In this document: positions 16,595 to 25,007 of the stretch, in pieces
Position numbering within the stretch: position 1 is the stretch's first letter
Layout: each line of letters opens with the position of its first letter
Assembly (NCBI RefSeq): GCF_019464535.1
Contig: NZ_CP080507.1
Span: 720,001-752,000 of the forward strand
Reading direction: 5' to 3'
Length of the DNA stretch: 32,000 nucleotides
DNA from: Horticoccus luteus
GTDB lineage: Bacteria > Verrucomicrobiota > Verrucomicrobiia > Opitutales > Opitutaceae
The notes under the pieces: generated by a model
Databases searched by the model: none
What the model was told of the DNA's origin: nothing
The model's input: only the letters and a program-made list of their open reading frames with translations
Program-made: the position numbers and the translations under genes

Positions 16595-18661
16595 ATGAAC
16601 ACGGGCGGCATTCTTCGCCATTTACTCGACGCCGGGTTGCCGGCAGAGAGTGGCGGTTCAGTGGCGACCCAAATGAATTCCTCGGTCACGTTTCACGTGG
16701 AGGCGGATGACGTGGGATGGATCGTGATCGACGATCCGCTGAGTCGTGCGAATGCGTTGAGCGCGCGGGGGCGGGCGGATCTGGCGGCGGCGATTGAGGC
16801 GGCGCGGGAATCGCCGGCGCGAGCGGTGGTGGTTGCGGGGAAGGAGCAGATTTTTGGCGCCGGCGCGGAGTTGAGCGAATTGGCAGCGCTGGCGAGTGAG
16901 GCGGAAGCGGGGGCGTTTGCGCAGGCGGGAGCAGAAGTGATGGCGGCCCTGGCCGCTCTGCCGAAGCCGACTGTCGCCGCGATCCGCGGGGCGTGCGCGG
17001 GCGGTTCGTATGAGGTGGCGCTGGCGTGCACGTGGCGCATCGCGACGGATGAGCCGGCGACGCGCGTGGGGTTGCCGGAGCTGGCGCTGGGGACGATTCC
17101 GGGCTGGGGCGGCGGCGTGCGATTGGCGCGATTGATCGGCGCGAGCCCCGCGCTGGAGCATTTGTGGAAAGCGCAGTTGGTGCCCGCGCGGGCCGCGTTG
17201 GCGGCGGGGCTGGTCGACGAGTTGGTGCCGCCGGACGAGTGGCGAACACGGGCGCGGGAGGCCGCCCTGCGGCTCGCGGATAAGCGTGACGCGGCCGCGG
17301 AGCAGACGAACAAACCGGGCGCGCCGACGATGGCGGCGGCGTGGCGGTTGAAAGCGCGCACGGCGGCGCAGCGCGCGGCGCTGGCGGTGGTGGAGAGAGC
17401 GATGGCGCCCGGCGACGAAGCGTTTGCGCTCGAGGCGGAGCGATTCGCCGGGTTGGCGGCGAGCGCGACGTGCAAGAATCACATTTACGCGTTTCAGGTG
17501 CGCGCGGCGGCGAGGAAGCGCACGCTGGAAGGGTGGTTCCCGAGCGGCGTGCTCGCGGAGGCGAATGAGGCGGCGCAGCGCCCGATCCGGCGGGTGGGCG
17601 TGGTGGGTGCGGGCGTGATGGGTTCGGGCATCGCGCAGTGGCTCGCGGCGCACGGGCATGCGGTGGTGTTGCGCGATGTGAGCGTCGATGCGGTGGCGCA
17701 CGGCACCTCGATCGTGCGAGGGCTGTTCGACGAAGCGGTGAAGCGGGGGAAAATGTCGGCGTCGGAGGCGGCTGCGGGGTGGGGACGGGTCTTGAGCACC
17801 ACGACGTGGGATGGATTTGCGGATTGCGATCTGGTGATCGAGGCGATCGTGGAAAATATTGCGGCGAAGCGGGCGTTGTTCGGCGAGATCGCGAAAATCG
17901 TGCGGGGAGATGCGTTGCTGGCATCGAATACGTCGGCGTTGCCGATCGACGAGATCGCGGGTCACGTGCCGCATCCGGAGCGCACGCTGGGGCTGCATTT
18001 TTTCAATCCGGTCAGTCGCATGCCGTTGGTGGAAATGGTGCTCGCGCCGGCAACCTCGGCGGCGACGGCGGCACGGGCGTTGACGCTGGTGAAGGCGTTG
18101 GGGAAACAACCGGTGATCTGTCGTTCATCGCCGGGGTTTTTCGTGACGCGGGTGTTGTTTTTTTATCTCAACGAAGCCTGCCGCTGTCGCGAGGAAGGCG
18201 TGGCGGTAACAGCGCTCGACGAGGCGTTGCGAGACTTTGGCTGGCCGATGGGGCCGCTGCGGTTGATCGACGAAATCGGGGTGGACGTGACGGATTTTAT
18301 TTTCGGCGAGATGGCGCGTTATTTTCCGGAGCGCTTCGTGGCATCGCGTTTGTGCGCGGGGATGCTGACGCGGGATTGGTGGGGGAGAAAAAATGGGGCG
18401 GGCGAAGGTTTTTACACGTATGAAGGGAAAACGGAGCGCGTGAATGCGGCGGCGGAGGAATGGGTGGGCGGGGGCGTTGCGAACGTGCCGGCGGAGCGGT
18501 TGCGCGAGCGGCTGATGCGCGTGATGGTCGAGGAGGCGCGGCGATGTCTCGCGGAAGGCGTGGTGCGCACGGCGGAAGAGGCGGATTTCGCGTTGCTGGC
18601 GGGAGCGGGATTTCCGGCGGCGGAGGGCGGGTTGTTGCGCTGGGCGGCGACGCGCGAGTGA
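16595..18661 (+). CDS. Bifunctional enoyl-CoA hydratase / 3-hydroxyacyl-CoA dehydrogenase (FadB/FadJ-like)
   Basis: ATG 16595 is preceded by AGGAGGG (16582-16588) at 6-nt spacing; there is an alternative ATG at 16673. It has an N-terminal crotonase fold (VVVAGKEQIFGAGAEL), a Rossmann motif VGVVGAGVMGSGIA and a C-terminal 3-HCDH domain. Confidence 0.88.
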   Translation: MNTGGILRHLLDAGLPAESGGSVATQMNSSVTFHVEADDVGWIVIDDPLSRANALSARGRADLAAAIEAARESPARAVVVAGKEQIFGAGAELSELAALASEAEAGAFAQAGAEVMAALAALPKPTVAAIRGACAGGSYEVALACTWRIATDEPATRVGLPELALGTIPGWGGGVRLARLIGASPALEHLWKAQLVPARAALAAGLVDELVPPDEWRTRAREAALRLADKRDAAAEQTNKPGAPTMAAAWRLKARTAAQRAALAVVERAMAPGDEAFALEAERFAGLAASATCKNHIYAFQVRAAARKRTLEGWFPSGVLAEANEAAQRPIRRVGVVGAGVMGSGIAQWLAAHGHAVVLRDVSVDAVAHGTSIVRGLFDEAVKRGKMSASEAAAGWGRVLSTTTWDGFADCDLVIEAIVENIAAKRALFGEIAKIVRGDALLASNTSALPIDEIAGHVPHPERTLGLHFFNPVSRMPLVEMVLAPATSAATAARALTLVKALGKQPVICRSSPGFFVTRVLFFYLNEACRCREEGVAVTALDEALRDFGWPMGPLRLIDEIGVDVTDFIFGEMARYFPERFVASRLCAGMLTRDWWGRKNGAGEGFYTYEGKTERVNAAAEEWVGGGVANVPAERLRERLMRVMVEEARRCLAEGVVRTAEEADFALLAGAGFPAAEGGLLRWAATRE

Positions 18662-18699
18662 CAATCGCCGCGCGGGGACGAATGGCGCTGAGGCGACGG

Positions 18700-18737
18700 G
18701 AAACCGAAGATGGCACGGTTTTCGAGTGCGCGTTTTT
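18700..18737 (+). terminator. Terminator-like region after the fadB-like gene: two mutually exclusive hairpins ending in U runs
   Basis: Hairpin 1: GAAACCG (18700-18706) pairs with CGGTTTT (18716-18722). Hairpin 2: GCAC (18713-18716) pairs with GTGC (18726-18729), followed by GCGTTTTTA (T run at 18733-18737). Both stems are short. Confidence 0.25.
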
Positions 18738-18933
18738 ATCGGAGCCGCGCGCCTGATTTTGGAAACCGTTTGGGCGTCGAGGTGGAGCGAGGCCGGTTAC
18801 GCCAATGCGGGTAAAATGCGGCCAAAGGAGGGCGGATGAATTCTCCGCGGGGAGACAAAATCCCTTTGCGTCGGTCGATGCCTGTGCGACGCTGGCAGCA
18901 CACACGAGCTCCCAAAACGGAGGCCAATTCGCG

Positions 18934-21900
18934 ATGTCTACTCTTACCAGCACTCTTCCCGCCAAGTTGAAGCGCCGCCTGTTGCTGGCGATGTTAGAAA
19001 GCCGTCTGGGCGATCTGCGCGAGGAAAGCCTGAATCGGCAGGGCAAAGGTCATTTCCACGTCTCGGGCCGCGGCCACGAGGCATTGGCGGCCATTGGCGT
19101 GCAATTGAAACCAGAGGATTATCTGGCGCCCTATTACCGTGATCGCGGGCTGGTGATCGGGCGGGGGCTGACGACGCGGCAGATCGCGATGGATTATTTT
19201 GCGAAGCGGGAATCGTCGTCGTCGGGACGGCAGATGCCGTCGCACTACAGCAACCGGGCGTTGAACATCTGGAGTGTGCCGACACCGACAGCGGCGCAGT
19301 TGCTGCCCGCCTGCGGGATCGCCTGGGGGCTGCAAATGGATGGGACGAAGGGTATCGTGGTGACGACTTTGGGCGACGCTTCGGCCCGACAGGGTGATTT
19401 TTACGAGGCGATCTGTTTCGCGCAGGAGCGGCGGTTGCCGTTGCTGTTGGTGGTTGAAGACAATGGTTTCGGCATCAGCACACCGACGCGCGGAATGACG
19501 CCGCGAAACCTCGGCGTATTGTCTGACGAACAATGGCGCACGGTGGACGGATGGGATGTGGAACAGGTTTATGCGGCCGGGCAGGAAGCGATTGCCGATC
19601 TGCGGGCGGGTCGCGGGCCGGTGCTCTTGTGGGCGAAGATGGAACGACTTTCGAGCCACACGAGTTCGGATGACCATGCGATTTACCGGAGCAAGGAGGA
19701 GTTGGCGACGCTCGAGCAGAGGGATCCGATCAAGTTGTTGCGGCAGCAGCTCATCGCCGATGGCGAGTTGACGGAGGAGCAGTTCGCGAAGCTGGAGAGC
19801 GAGTTGAAGGAAAAGATCCGCGCCGACTACAGCGTGGCGGAAAAGGCGGAGGAACCGAGTGCCGCCGACTTGGAGACCAATGTCTGGTCGCCGCCGCCGC
19901 ACCTCGACGACGAAGTGTTGAAGCCGGGCAAGTATCGCATGGGCGATGTGGTGAACCTGACGTTGCGGGCGGGACTGGCGGCGGATCGCCAGCGGGTGAT
20001 TTTCGGCGAGGATGTCGAGGATCCCAAGGGCGGGGTGTTTCGCCTGACGCAAAAGTTGTCGACCGATTTTCCGGAGCAGGTGTTTAACTCGCCGCTGGCG
20101 GAGTCGACGATCCTGGGCGTGGCGTGCGGACTGGCGAGCTACGGCAAACGGCCAGTGTTCGAGGTGCAGTTCGTCGATTTCATTTATCCGGGTTGGAATC
20201 AGTTGGTTTCGAATCTGGCGACGCTGCGGTGGCGCACGAACGGGGATTGGACGTGCCCGGTGGTGATCTACGCGCCGTATGGCGCCTATCTGCCGGGCGG
20301 CGCGATCTGGCATTCGCAGGCGAATGAAGCGGCGTTCGCGCATTTTCCGGGACTGAGCGTGGTCATCCCGAGCACGCCGGAAGATGCGGCGGGTTTGCTT
20401 TGGACGGCGATGCACGCAGACGATCCGGTGATTTTCCTGGCGCCGAAACACATGTTGTGGGCTGAGACGACGTTGACCGAGCCAGCGCTGGCGGTGCCGA
20501 TCGGCCATGCGCGACGGCGCACCGAGGGCAGCGACGTGACCGTTGTCGCTTGGGGCAATACGATTGAAAAGGCGTTCGAAGCGATGGATTTGATGGGCGA
20601 CCAGGTGAGCGTGGAGCTGATCGATCTGCGTTCCGTCGTGCCGTGGGATCGCGAGACGATCGAGGAGTCTGTGCGCAAGACGGGCCGTCTGGTGATCGTG
20701 CAGGAGGATACGGAGAATTGCTCGGTCGGGCAGATGATCATTTCCCATCTGGCGGGGCGCGCCGATGTGTGGAGCCGGATGGTGAGCCCGCCGGTGCTCG
20801 TCTCGAAGGGCAATGTGCTGATCGGCTACAACCCGATTCACGAATATGCGGCGTTGCCGGATACGGCGAGAATCGCCGGTGCACTGCAACGGGTGATGGC
20901 GATCACGATGGAGCGCGGCGCGATTTCGGCGGGCAATGTGAGCGTCGCTTCCGTGGAAGAGACACGGGAAAGCGCGCCAGCCTCGACTTCGGGCGCGCCG
21001 CATGGTTCGGTCGGCGCTGTGCCTGGCGCGAAAGTCGATATTCCGGTAAAAGTGCCGATCATGGGCGAAGGCATCCGCTCGGCGCGGGTGGTGACGCTGC
21101 ATAAAAAAGCGGGAGACGCGGTCCACCTCGACGACACGTTGTGCGAGGTGGAGACCGACAAGGCGGTTTATCCGATCGAGGCGTCCTTTGCGGGCACGTT
21201 CAAAGGTTGGACGGTGAAGGCCGATGAGACGGTCGAGATCGGTCAGGAAATTGCGTTCATCACGGGCGATGCTGCCGCTGCGCCAGCGGCGTCAACGAGT
21301 CATGCGCCCGCTCCGAAACCGGCGGCCGGCACTGCCGCGCGGGCGAGCACACCCGCACCTGCGCGATCGGCCTCGGTGGCAGTGGGAGCGGTGCGAGAGC
21401 CGGCGTTGTCGTCCTCGATCACGAAGCGTTTGAGTGCGGTCGTGGCGGCAAACATGCATCTCGACGTGCCGTGGAAGGCGATGCGGACGGCGCGGGCGGC
21501 GGCGAAAGCGGCGAAGCTCGATTACTCGCCGTCGATGATGCTGGCGTGGTCGGTGGCGCGGGCGATGTCCGCGCACGCCAGCTTCCGGTGCATCGTCGAT
21601 CGGGACGGGCGGATTTTGGAACAGGCGCCGTTTGATCTGGGCGTGGCCGTGGCGCTGGAAGGCGATCGGTTGGCGACGGCGGTCGTGCGGCGGGCGGGTG
21701 AGCTCAAGTGGCCGGATTTTGCGGCCGCGTATGCGCAGGCGTTGACGGACGCCCGGGCCGGCAAGATCGAGGATGTGACCACGCCTTTGAATCTCACGAG
21801 CCTCGGCGCCTTCGGCATCGAACGCGCGACGCCGATCGTGGTGCCGCCGGCGATGAGCACGTTGTTCGTCGGCACAGCGCATGAACGAATGATCAACGAC

Positions 21901-22035
21901 GGCGGCGTGGTTTATCCGCAAGAGGTGGCGACGTTATCGCTCACGTTCGATCACCGCGTGGTGAACGGCGCGGGCGCGGCAGCGTTCATGCACGATCTCA
22001 AGGCGCAGATCGAAAACTTCCAGGTGCCTGCGTAA
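18934..22035 (+). CDS. Fused 2-oxoacid dehydrogenase: E1 alpha + E1 beta + lipoyl domain + E2 acyltransferase core in one 1033-aa chain (BCKDH-like)
   Basis: ATG 18934 has GGAGG (18919-18923) 10 nt upstream; the track start 18805 adds an implausible leader.
- E1alpha: GRQMPSHYS, TPP motif GDA-x26-DN from 19372, and SSHTSSDD.
- E1beta: from about 19930 (GEDVEDPKGGVFRLT, SPLAEST).
- Lipoyl domain: VETDKA (Lys codon 21160-21162).
- E2 core: DHRVVNG (21949-21969).
- Stop TAA at 22033-22035. Confidence 0.85.
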   Translation: MSTLTSTLPAKLKRRLLLAMLESRLGDLREESLNRQGKGHFHVSGRGHEALAAIGVQLKPEDYLAPYYRDRGLVIGRGLTTRQIAMDYFAKRESSSSGRQMPSHYSNRALNIWSVPTPTAAQLLPACGIAWGLQMDGTKGIVVTTLGDASARQGDFYEAICFAQERRLPLLLVVEDNGFGISTPTRGMTPRNLGVLSDEQWRTVDGWDVEQVYAAGQEAIADLRAGRGPVLLWAKMERLSSHTSSDDHAIYRSKEELATLEQRDPIKLLRQQLIADGELTEEQFAKLESELKEKIRADYSVAEKAEEPSAADLETNVWSPPPHLDDEVLKPGKYRMGDVVNLTLRAGLAADRQRVIFGEDVEDPKGGVFRLTQKLSTDFPEQVFNSPLAESTILGVACGLASYGKRPVFEVQFVDFIYPGWNQLVSNLATLRWRTNGDWTCPVVIYAPYGAYLPGGAIWHSQANEAAFAHFPGLSVVIPSTPEDAAGLLWTAMHADDPVIFLAPKHMLWAETTLTEPALAVPIGHARRRTEGSDVTVVAWGNTIEKAFEAMDLMGDQVSVELIDLRSVVPWDRETIEESVRKTGRLVIVQEDTENCSVGQMIISHLAGRADVWSRMVSPPVLVSKGNVLIGYNPIHEYAALPDTARIAGALQRVMAITMERGAISAGNVSVASVEETRESAPASTSGAPHGSVGAVPGAKVDIPVKVPIMGEGIRSARVVTLHKKAGDAVHLDDTLCEVETDKAVYPIEASFAGTFKGWTVKADETVEIGQEIAFITGDAAAAPAASTSHAPAPKPAAGTAARASTPAPARSASVAVGAVREPALSSSITKRLSAVVAANMHLDVPWKAMRTARAAAKAAKLDYSPSMMLAWSVARAMSAHASFRCIVDRDGRILEQAPFDLGVAVALEGDRLATAVVRRAGELKWPDFAAAYAQALTDARAGKIEDVTTPLNLTSLGAFGIERATPIVVPPAMSTLFVGTAHERMINDGGVVYPQEVATLSLTFDHRVVNGAGAAAFMHDLKAQIENFQVPA

Positions 22036-22077
22036 ACGCGCGCGGCGCCTGCGGGCCGCCACGCATTAGAGTTTGTC

Positions 22078-22509
22078 ATGCCGACGCCACTTGTGCCCCG
22101 ACTCAACGGCGTCGTGGAAACGGTGCTGTATGTGGACGATCTGGCGCGGGCGGTGGCGTTTTACCGCGACGTGCTGGGGCTGACGACGATTGCGGGCGAT
22201 GACACGCGGTTTCAGGTGTTCGACACGGGTGCGAGCCGGGTGCTGTTGTTATTCAAACGCGGATCCACGCTCGAGCCGACGCCGGTGCCAGGCGGCATCA
22301 TCCCGCCCCACGATGGATCGGGACCCGGGCATGTGGGTCTCGCGATCGCGCACGGGGACTACGACGCATGGCTCGGGCGATTGCGCGCGTGCGCCGTGGC
22401 GATCGAGAGCGAAACGAACTGGCCGCGGGGCGGACGCAGCCTCTATTTTCGCGATCCCGACGGGCACTTGCTGGAGCTCGTGACGCCGGGGATCTGGTCG
22501 GTGTATTGA
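22078..22509 (+). CDS. VOC-fold protein (glyoxalase/bleomycin-resistance/dioxygenase superfamily)
   Basis: 143-aa ORF with ATG at 22078, 42 nt after the E1-E2 stop. Typical VOC pattern: VLYVDDLARAVAFYRDVLGL ... HVGLAI ... SLYFRDPDGHLLEL. Confidence 0.85.
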   Translation: MPTPLVPRLNGVVETVLYVDDLARAVAFYRDVLGLTTIAGDDTRFQVFDTGASRVLLLFKRGSTLEPTPVPGGIIPPHDGSGPGHVGLAIAHGDYDAWLGRLRACAVAIESETNWPRGGRSLYFRDPDGHLLELVTPGIWSVY

Positions 22510-22525
22510 AGGCGCGACGCGCGAC

Positions 22526-23059
22526 TCAAGGCACGGGGTGCTCGGGCGCCTGCGCCGATTCGACGGCGGCGGCGTGCTTGATGCGGTAGATGCTCCGGGT
22601 GAGCGGCAGGCTGAGCGCGTAAACGAGCAGAATGTAGAACGGCGCGAGCATCGCCCATGCGATCACGGCATGGACGGCCGTCATGCCGAACTGGTGAAAG
22701 AATACGCCGGGGTGATGCCAGAGCATTTCCTGCATGTGGCGGATGCGAAATGGCACGTGCGGCACGGCGAAGACGCGTTCGCCGAGACGCACGCACAAGT
22801 AAATCACCGGCACGTGCACGGGCCAGAGCGCCTGGTTGATGAGCTGCACGATCGGCTGGTTCAACCGCAGCACGAGGGCGACGAGAAAACAGAGGATCGT
22901 GGTCGTGCCGAGAATCGGAAACAGCGCGCACGCGCTGCCGACGGCGAGAGTGAGAGCGATCTTTTCAGGGGTGATGCCCTGCGTGAGTTGCGCGACAATG
23001 GGGTCGAGGACGCGGCGCTGCCAGAGCGAGCGTTTGGGTTCGGCGGCGGGCGGCGTCAC
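22526..23059 (-). CDS. DUF2062-family membrane protein
   Basis: The track start (23170) is a TTG overlapping cfa by 110 nt. The in-frame GTG (cac at 23057-23059) lies 1 nt after the cfa stop (tca at 23061-23063). The product has the DUF2062-like ...GITPEKIALTLAVGSACALFPILGTTT... region and several hydrophobic helices. Confidence 0.7.
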   Translation of the reverse strand: MTPPAAEPKRSLWQRRVLDPIVAQLTQGITPEKIALTLAVGSACALFPILGTTTILCFLVALVLRLNQPIVQLINQALWPVHVPVIYLCVRLGERVFAVPHVPFRIRHMQEMLWHHPGVFFHQFGMTAVHAVIAWAMLAPFYILLVYALSLPLTRSIYRIKHAAAVESAQAPEHPVP

Positions 23060-23060
23060 T

Positions 23061-24353
23061 TCAGAGCGCGAGGTTGTTGGCGCGGGTGTGCAGGGTTTGC
23101 ACCACGGCGATGTTGCGCAGGGCGAAGGCGGCCTCGCAGTAACTGAGGTAGTAATGCCATTTGCGGACAAAACGATCGTCGAAGCCGAGGTCGCGCACGC
23201 GATCGATTTGCGCGGTGAAGCGCGTGCGCCATTCGCGCAGCGTGCGGGCGTAGTCGTGCCCGAGATCCTCGACGTGGTGGAGCACGAAGCCGCCTGCTTC
23301 GCTGAGCAGGGAATTGACGCGGTTCAACGACAGGAGGAGCGAGCCGGGGAAAATATGTTTCTGGATGAAATCCACGCCGCGGCGAAACTCGGCGTAGCGG
23401 GCATCCGGGCAGGTGATGAACTGGAGGGCGATGAGGCCGTCGCGTTTCAGCACGCGGCTGAGGGTGCGGCAGAAGTCGGGCAAGTAGCGGTGGCCGAGCG
23501 CCTCCATCATTTCGATGGAAACGATTTTATCGAAGGAGCCTTCCACATCGCGAAAATCGCAGAGGCGCACATCGATCAGCGCGGCGAGGCCGGCGGCGGC
23601 GACGCGGGCGCGGGCGAGCTCGAACTGTTGCTGGGAGATGGTGAGGCTGGTGACGCGGCAGCCGTAGTGGCGGGCGGCATGCAGCGACCAGCCGCCCCAA
23701 CCGGTGCCGATTTCGAGAACGTGGTCCGTGGCGCGGAGGCGGAGGGAGCGGCAGAGGGCGTCGTTTTTCTCGTGTTGCGCCGCTTCGAGAGTCAGGGCCG
23801 GGTCGCTCCACTTCGCCGCGGAATACATCATCGTCGGATCGAGAAACAGGGCGAAGAAGTCGTTGGAGAGATCGTAGTGCTCGCGGATGTTGCGCCGGGC
23901 GATGGTGCGGGAATTGGGGCGGAGCAGATGCTGGACGCGGTTGGCCCAACGCAGGGCGTTGAGCGCCCACGTGCGCCGGTGCGAACCGGAAAGCGTGGGC
24001 GCGTGCTCGAGGTTGAGGACAAACCAAGCCACCACGGCGGTGAGGTCAGGCGTGTCCCAATCGCCATCGATAAACGATTCGGCGAAACCGATGTCGCCGC
24101 CCAGAACGCACTTTCGAAAAAACGCTTCGCGGCGCACGCGCAAGGTGGCGTGAGGGGAAATGCCGGTCGGCAGAGGGGCCAGGGCGGGGCTTGCGGTGTC
24201 GCCAAACACGCAGCGTTCGCCGCTTGGCAGATCGACGATCAGTCGTCCACGGGGCATGCCGGCAAACGCCTGCAACACCGGCCCGCGGAAGAAGGATTGC
24301 TTCGCGGGGCCCGTGAGAGTCGCGGTGGTGGACGTGTTGGGCTCAACACTCAT
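23061..24353 (-). CDS. cfa: Cyclopropane-fatty-acyl-phospholipid synthase (SAM-dependent methyltransferase, CMAS family)
   Basis: 430-aa ORF with ATG (cat at 24351-24353). SAM-binding motif VLEIGTGWGG and CMAS-family C-terminal region ...YYLSYCEAAF.... Confidence 0.92.
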   Translation of the reverse strand: MSVEPNTSTTATLTGPAKQSFFRGPVLQAFAGMPRGRLIVDLPSGERCVFGDTASPALAPLPTGISPHATLRVRREAFFRKCVLGGDIGFAESFIDGDWDTPDLTAVVAWFVLNLEHAPTLSGSHRRTWALNALRWANRVQHLLRPNSRTIARRNIREHYDLSNDFFALFLDPTMMYSAAKWSDPALTLEAAQHEKNDALCRSLRLRATDHVLEIGTGWGGWSLHAARHYGCRVTSLTISQQQFELARARVAAAGLAALIDVRLCDFRDVEGSFDKIVSIEMMEALGHRYLPDFCRTLSRVLKRDGLIALQFITCPDARYAEFRRGVDFIQKHIFPGSLLLSLNRVNSLLSEAGGFVLHHVEDLGHDYARTLREWRTRFTAQIDRVRDLGFDDRFVRKWHYYLSYCEAAFALRNIAVVQTLHTRANNLAL

Positions 24354-24387
24354 GCGTGGAAAGGAGATGTGACTCCAACCGTGTAAA

Positions 24388-24417
24388 ACCGCAAGTGTGC
24401 GCGGCAGGGATTGCGGT
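24388..24417 (-). terminator. Hairpin between the small membrane-protein gene and cfa (possible terminator/attenuator)
   Basis: ACCGCAA (24388-24394) pairs with TTGCGGT (24411-24417) around a 16-nt loop. On the minus strand the stem is followed by UUUACAC, giving GGUUUU. It sits only 34 nt upstream of the cfa ATG. Confidence 0.25.
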
Positions 24418-24458
24418 GCGCTTGCGCGGCCGGCGAACGCGGGCGCTGCTGTTGACCG

Positions 24459-24806
24459 TCAGGTGCCATCGCCAGGCGCGGGCACGTATTCGAGAGTGAC
24501 AGGCCGGAAATGACCCCACACACGAAGTCCGAGATAGCCGACGAACGAGAAAAACAGGGAGAAAACGACGCAGACGATCGGCGCCATGAGGATCGCGGCA
24601 AGCAGGCCGGAGAAACCCGTGAGATACCGGCCGGAGACGCTGATGGTGTTGAGTCCGAAGAGAGCGCAGGCACCGCACAGCAGAATAAACGGGGACAACG
24701 TCGCGCTGGTGGAGATGAATACGAGCTTGAAGAACGAACCCGCTTTCAGGCGGCGTAAAGAGATGCGCCGGATATCGGGCGCGACGCGGGGAGGATGTTC
24801 GAGCAT
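24459..24806 (-). CDS. Small hypothetical membrane protein (115 aa, 2-3 hydrophobic helices)
   Basis: ATG (cat at 24804-24806). Third-position GC in this frame is about 85% in a sampled 60-nt stretch (24541-24600). The other overlapping frames translate to Arg/Pro-rich nonsense. No family recognised. Confidence 0.6.
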   Translation of the reverse strand: MLEHPPRVAPDIRRISLRRLKAGSFFKLVFISTSATLSPFILLCGACALFGLNTISVSGRYLTGFSGLLAAILMAPIVCVVFSLFFSFVGYLGLRVWGHFRPVTLEYVPAPGDGT

Positions 24807-25007
24807 GAGGAAGGCGTGAACCGGCAGCCGAGGGCAACGATGGTCACGGCGCGCCCGAGCGTGGCGAAGCCGGGGAGTGATTCAAGCGCGGGAAAACGAG
24901 GAAAGGGAAACGCGAGCCTTGAGGTTGGCGGCCAACGCGGTTGTTTCGCGCGCGTGACTTTTGAATCGAAAGAAGTGCGGCCGCTGGCCAAGGCGCGGAC
25001 GGTGTTG

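Noticed and set aside
16658-18109. 483-aa and 412-aa minus-strand ORFs
   Set aside because: They are antisense to the FadB-like gene, with extreme Arg/Pro/Ala composition. They are not coding.
18662-18790. Faint resemblance to a TPP riboswitch (GCUGAGG ... CCUGAUUUUGGAAACC) upstream of a TPP-dependent enzyme
   Set aside because: The core CUGAGA and ACCUGAUCUGGAUAAUGCCAGCG elements are not matched. I could not build the P1-P5 pairings. TPP riboswitches control thiamine synthesis and transport genes, not TPP-using dehydrogenases. An Rfam scan would settle it.
22836-24386. 516-aa plus-strand ORF
   Set aside because: It is the antisense shadow of cfa and the DUF2062 gene. It shows the same Ala/Gly/Glu/Val-rich composition and no recognisable motif. 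The minus-strand products have clear family signatures.
24795-25007. ATG 24795 (preceded by GGGGAGG) as the start of the DUF2293 gene
   Set aside because: The SD abuts the ATG with zero spacing. The start would overlap the divergent membrane-protein gene. GC3 is low until about 24977, so a downstream start is more likely.
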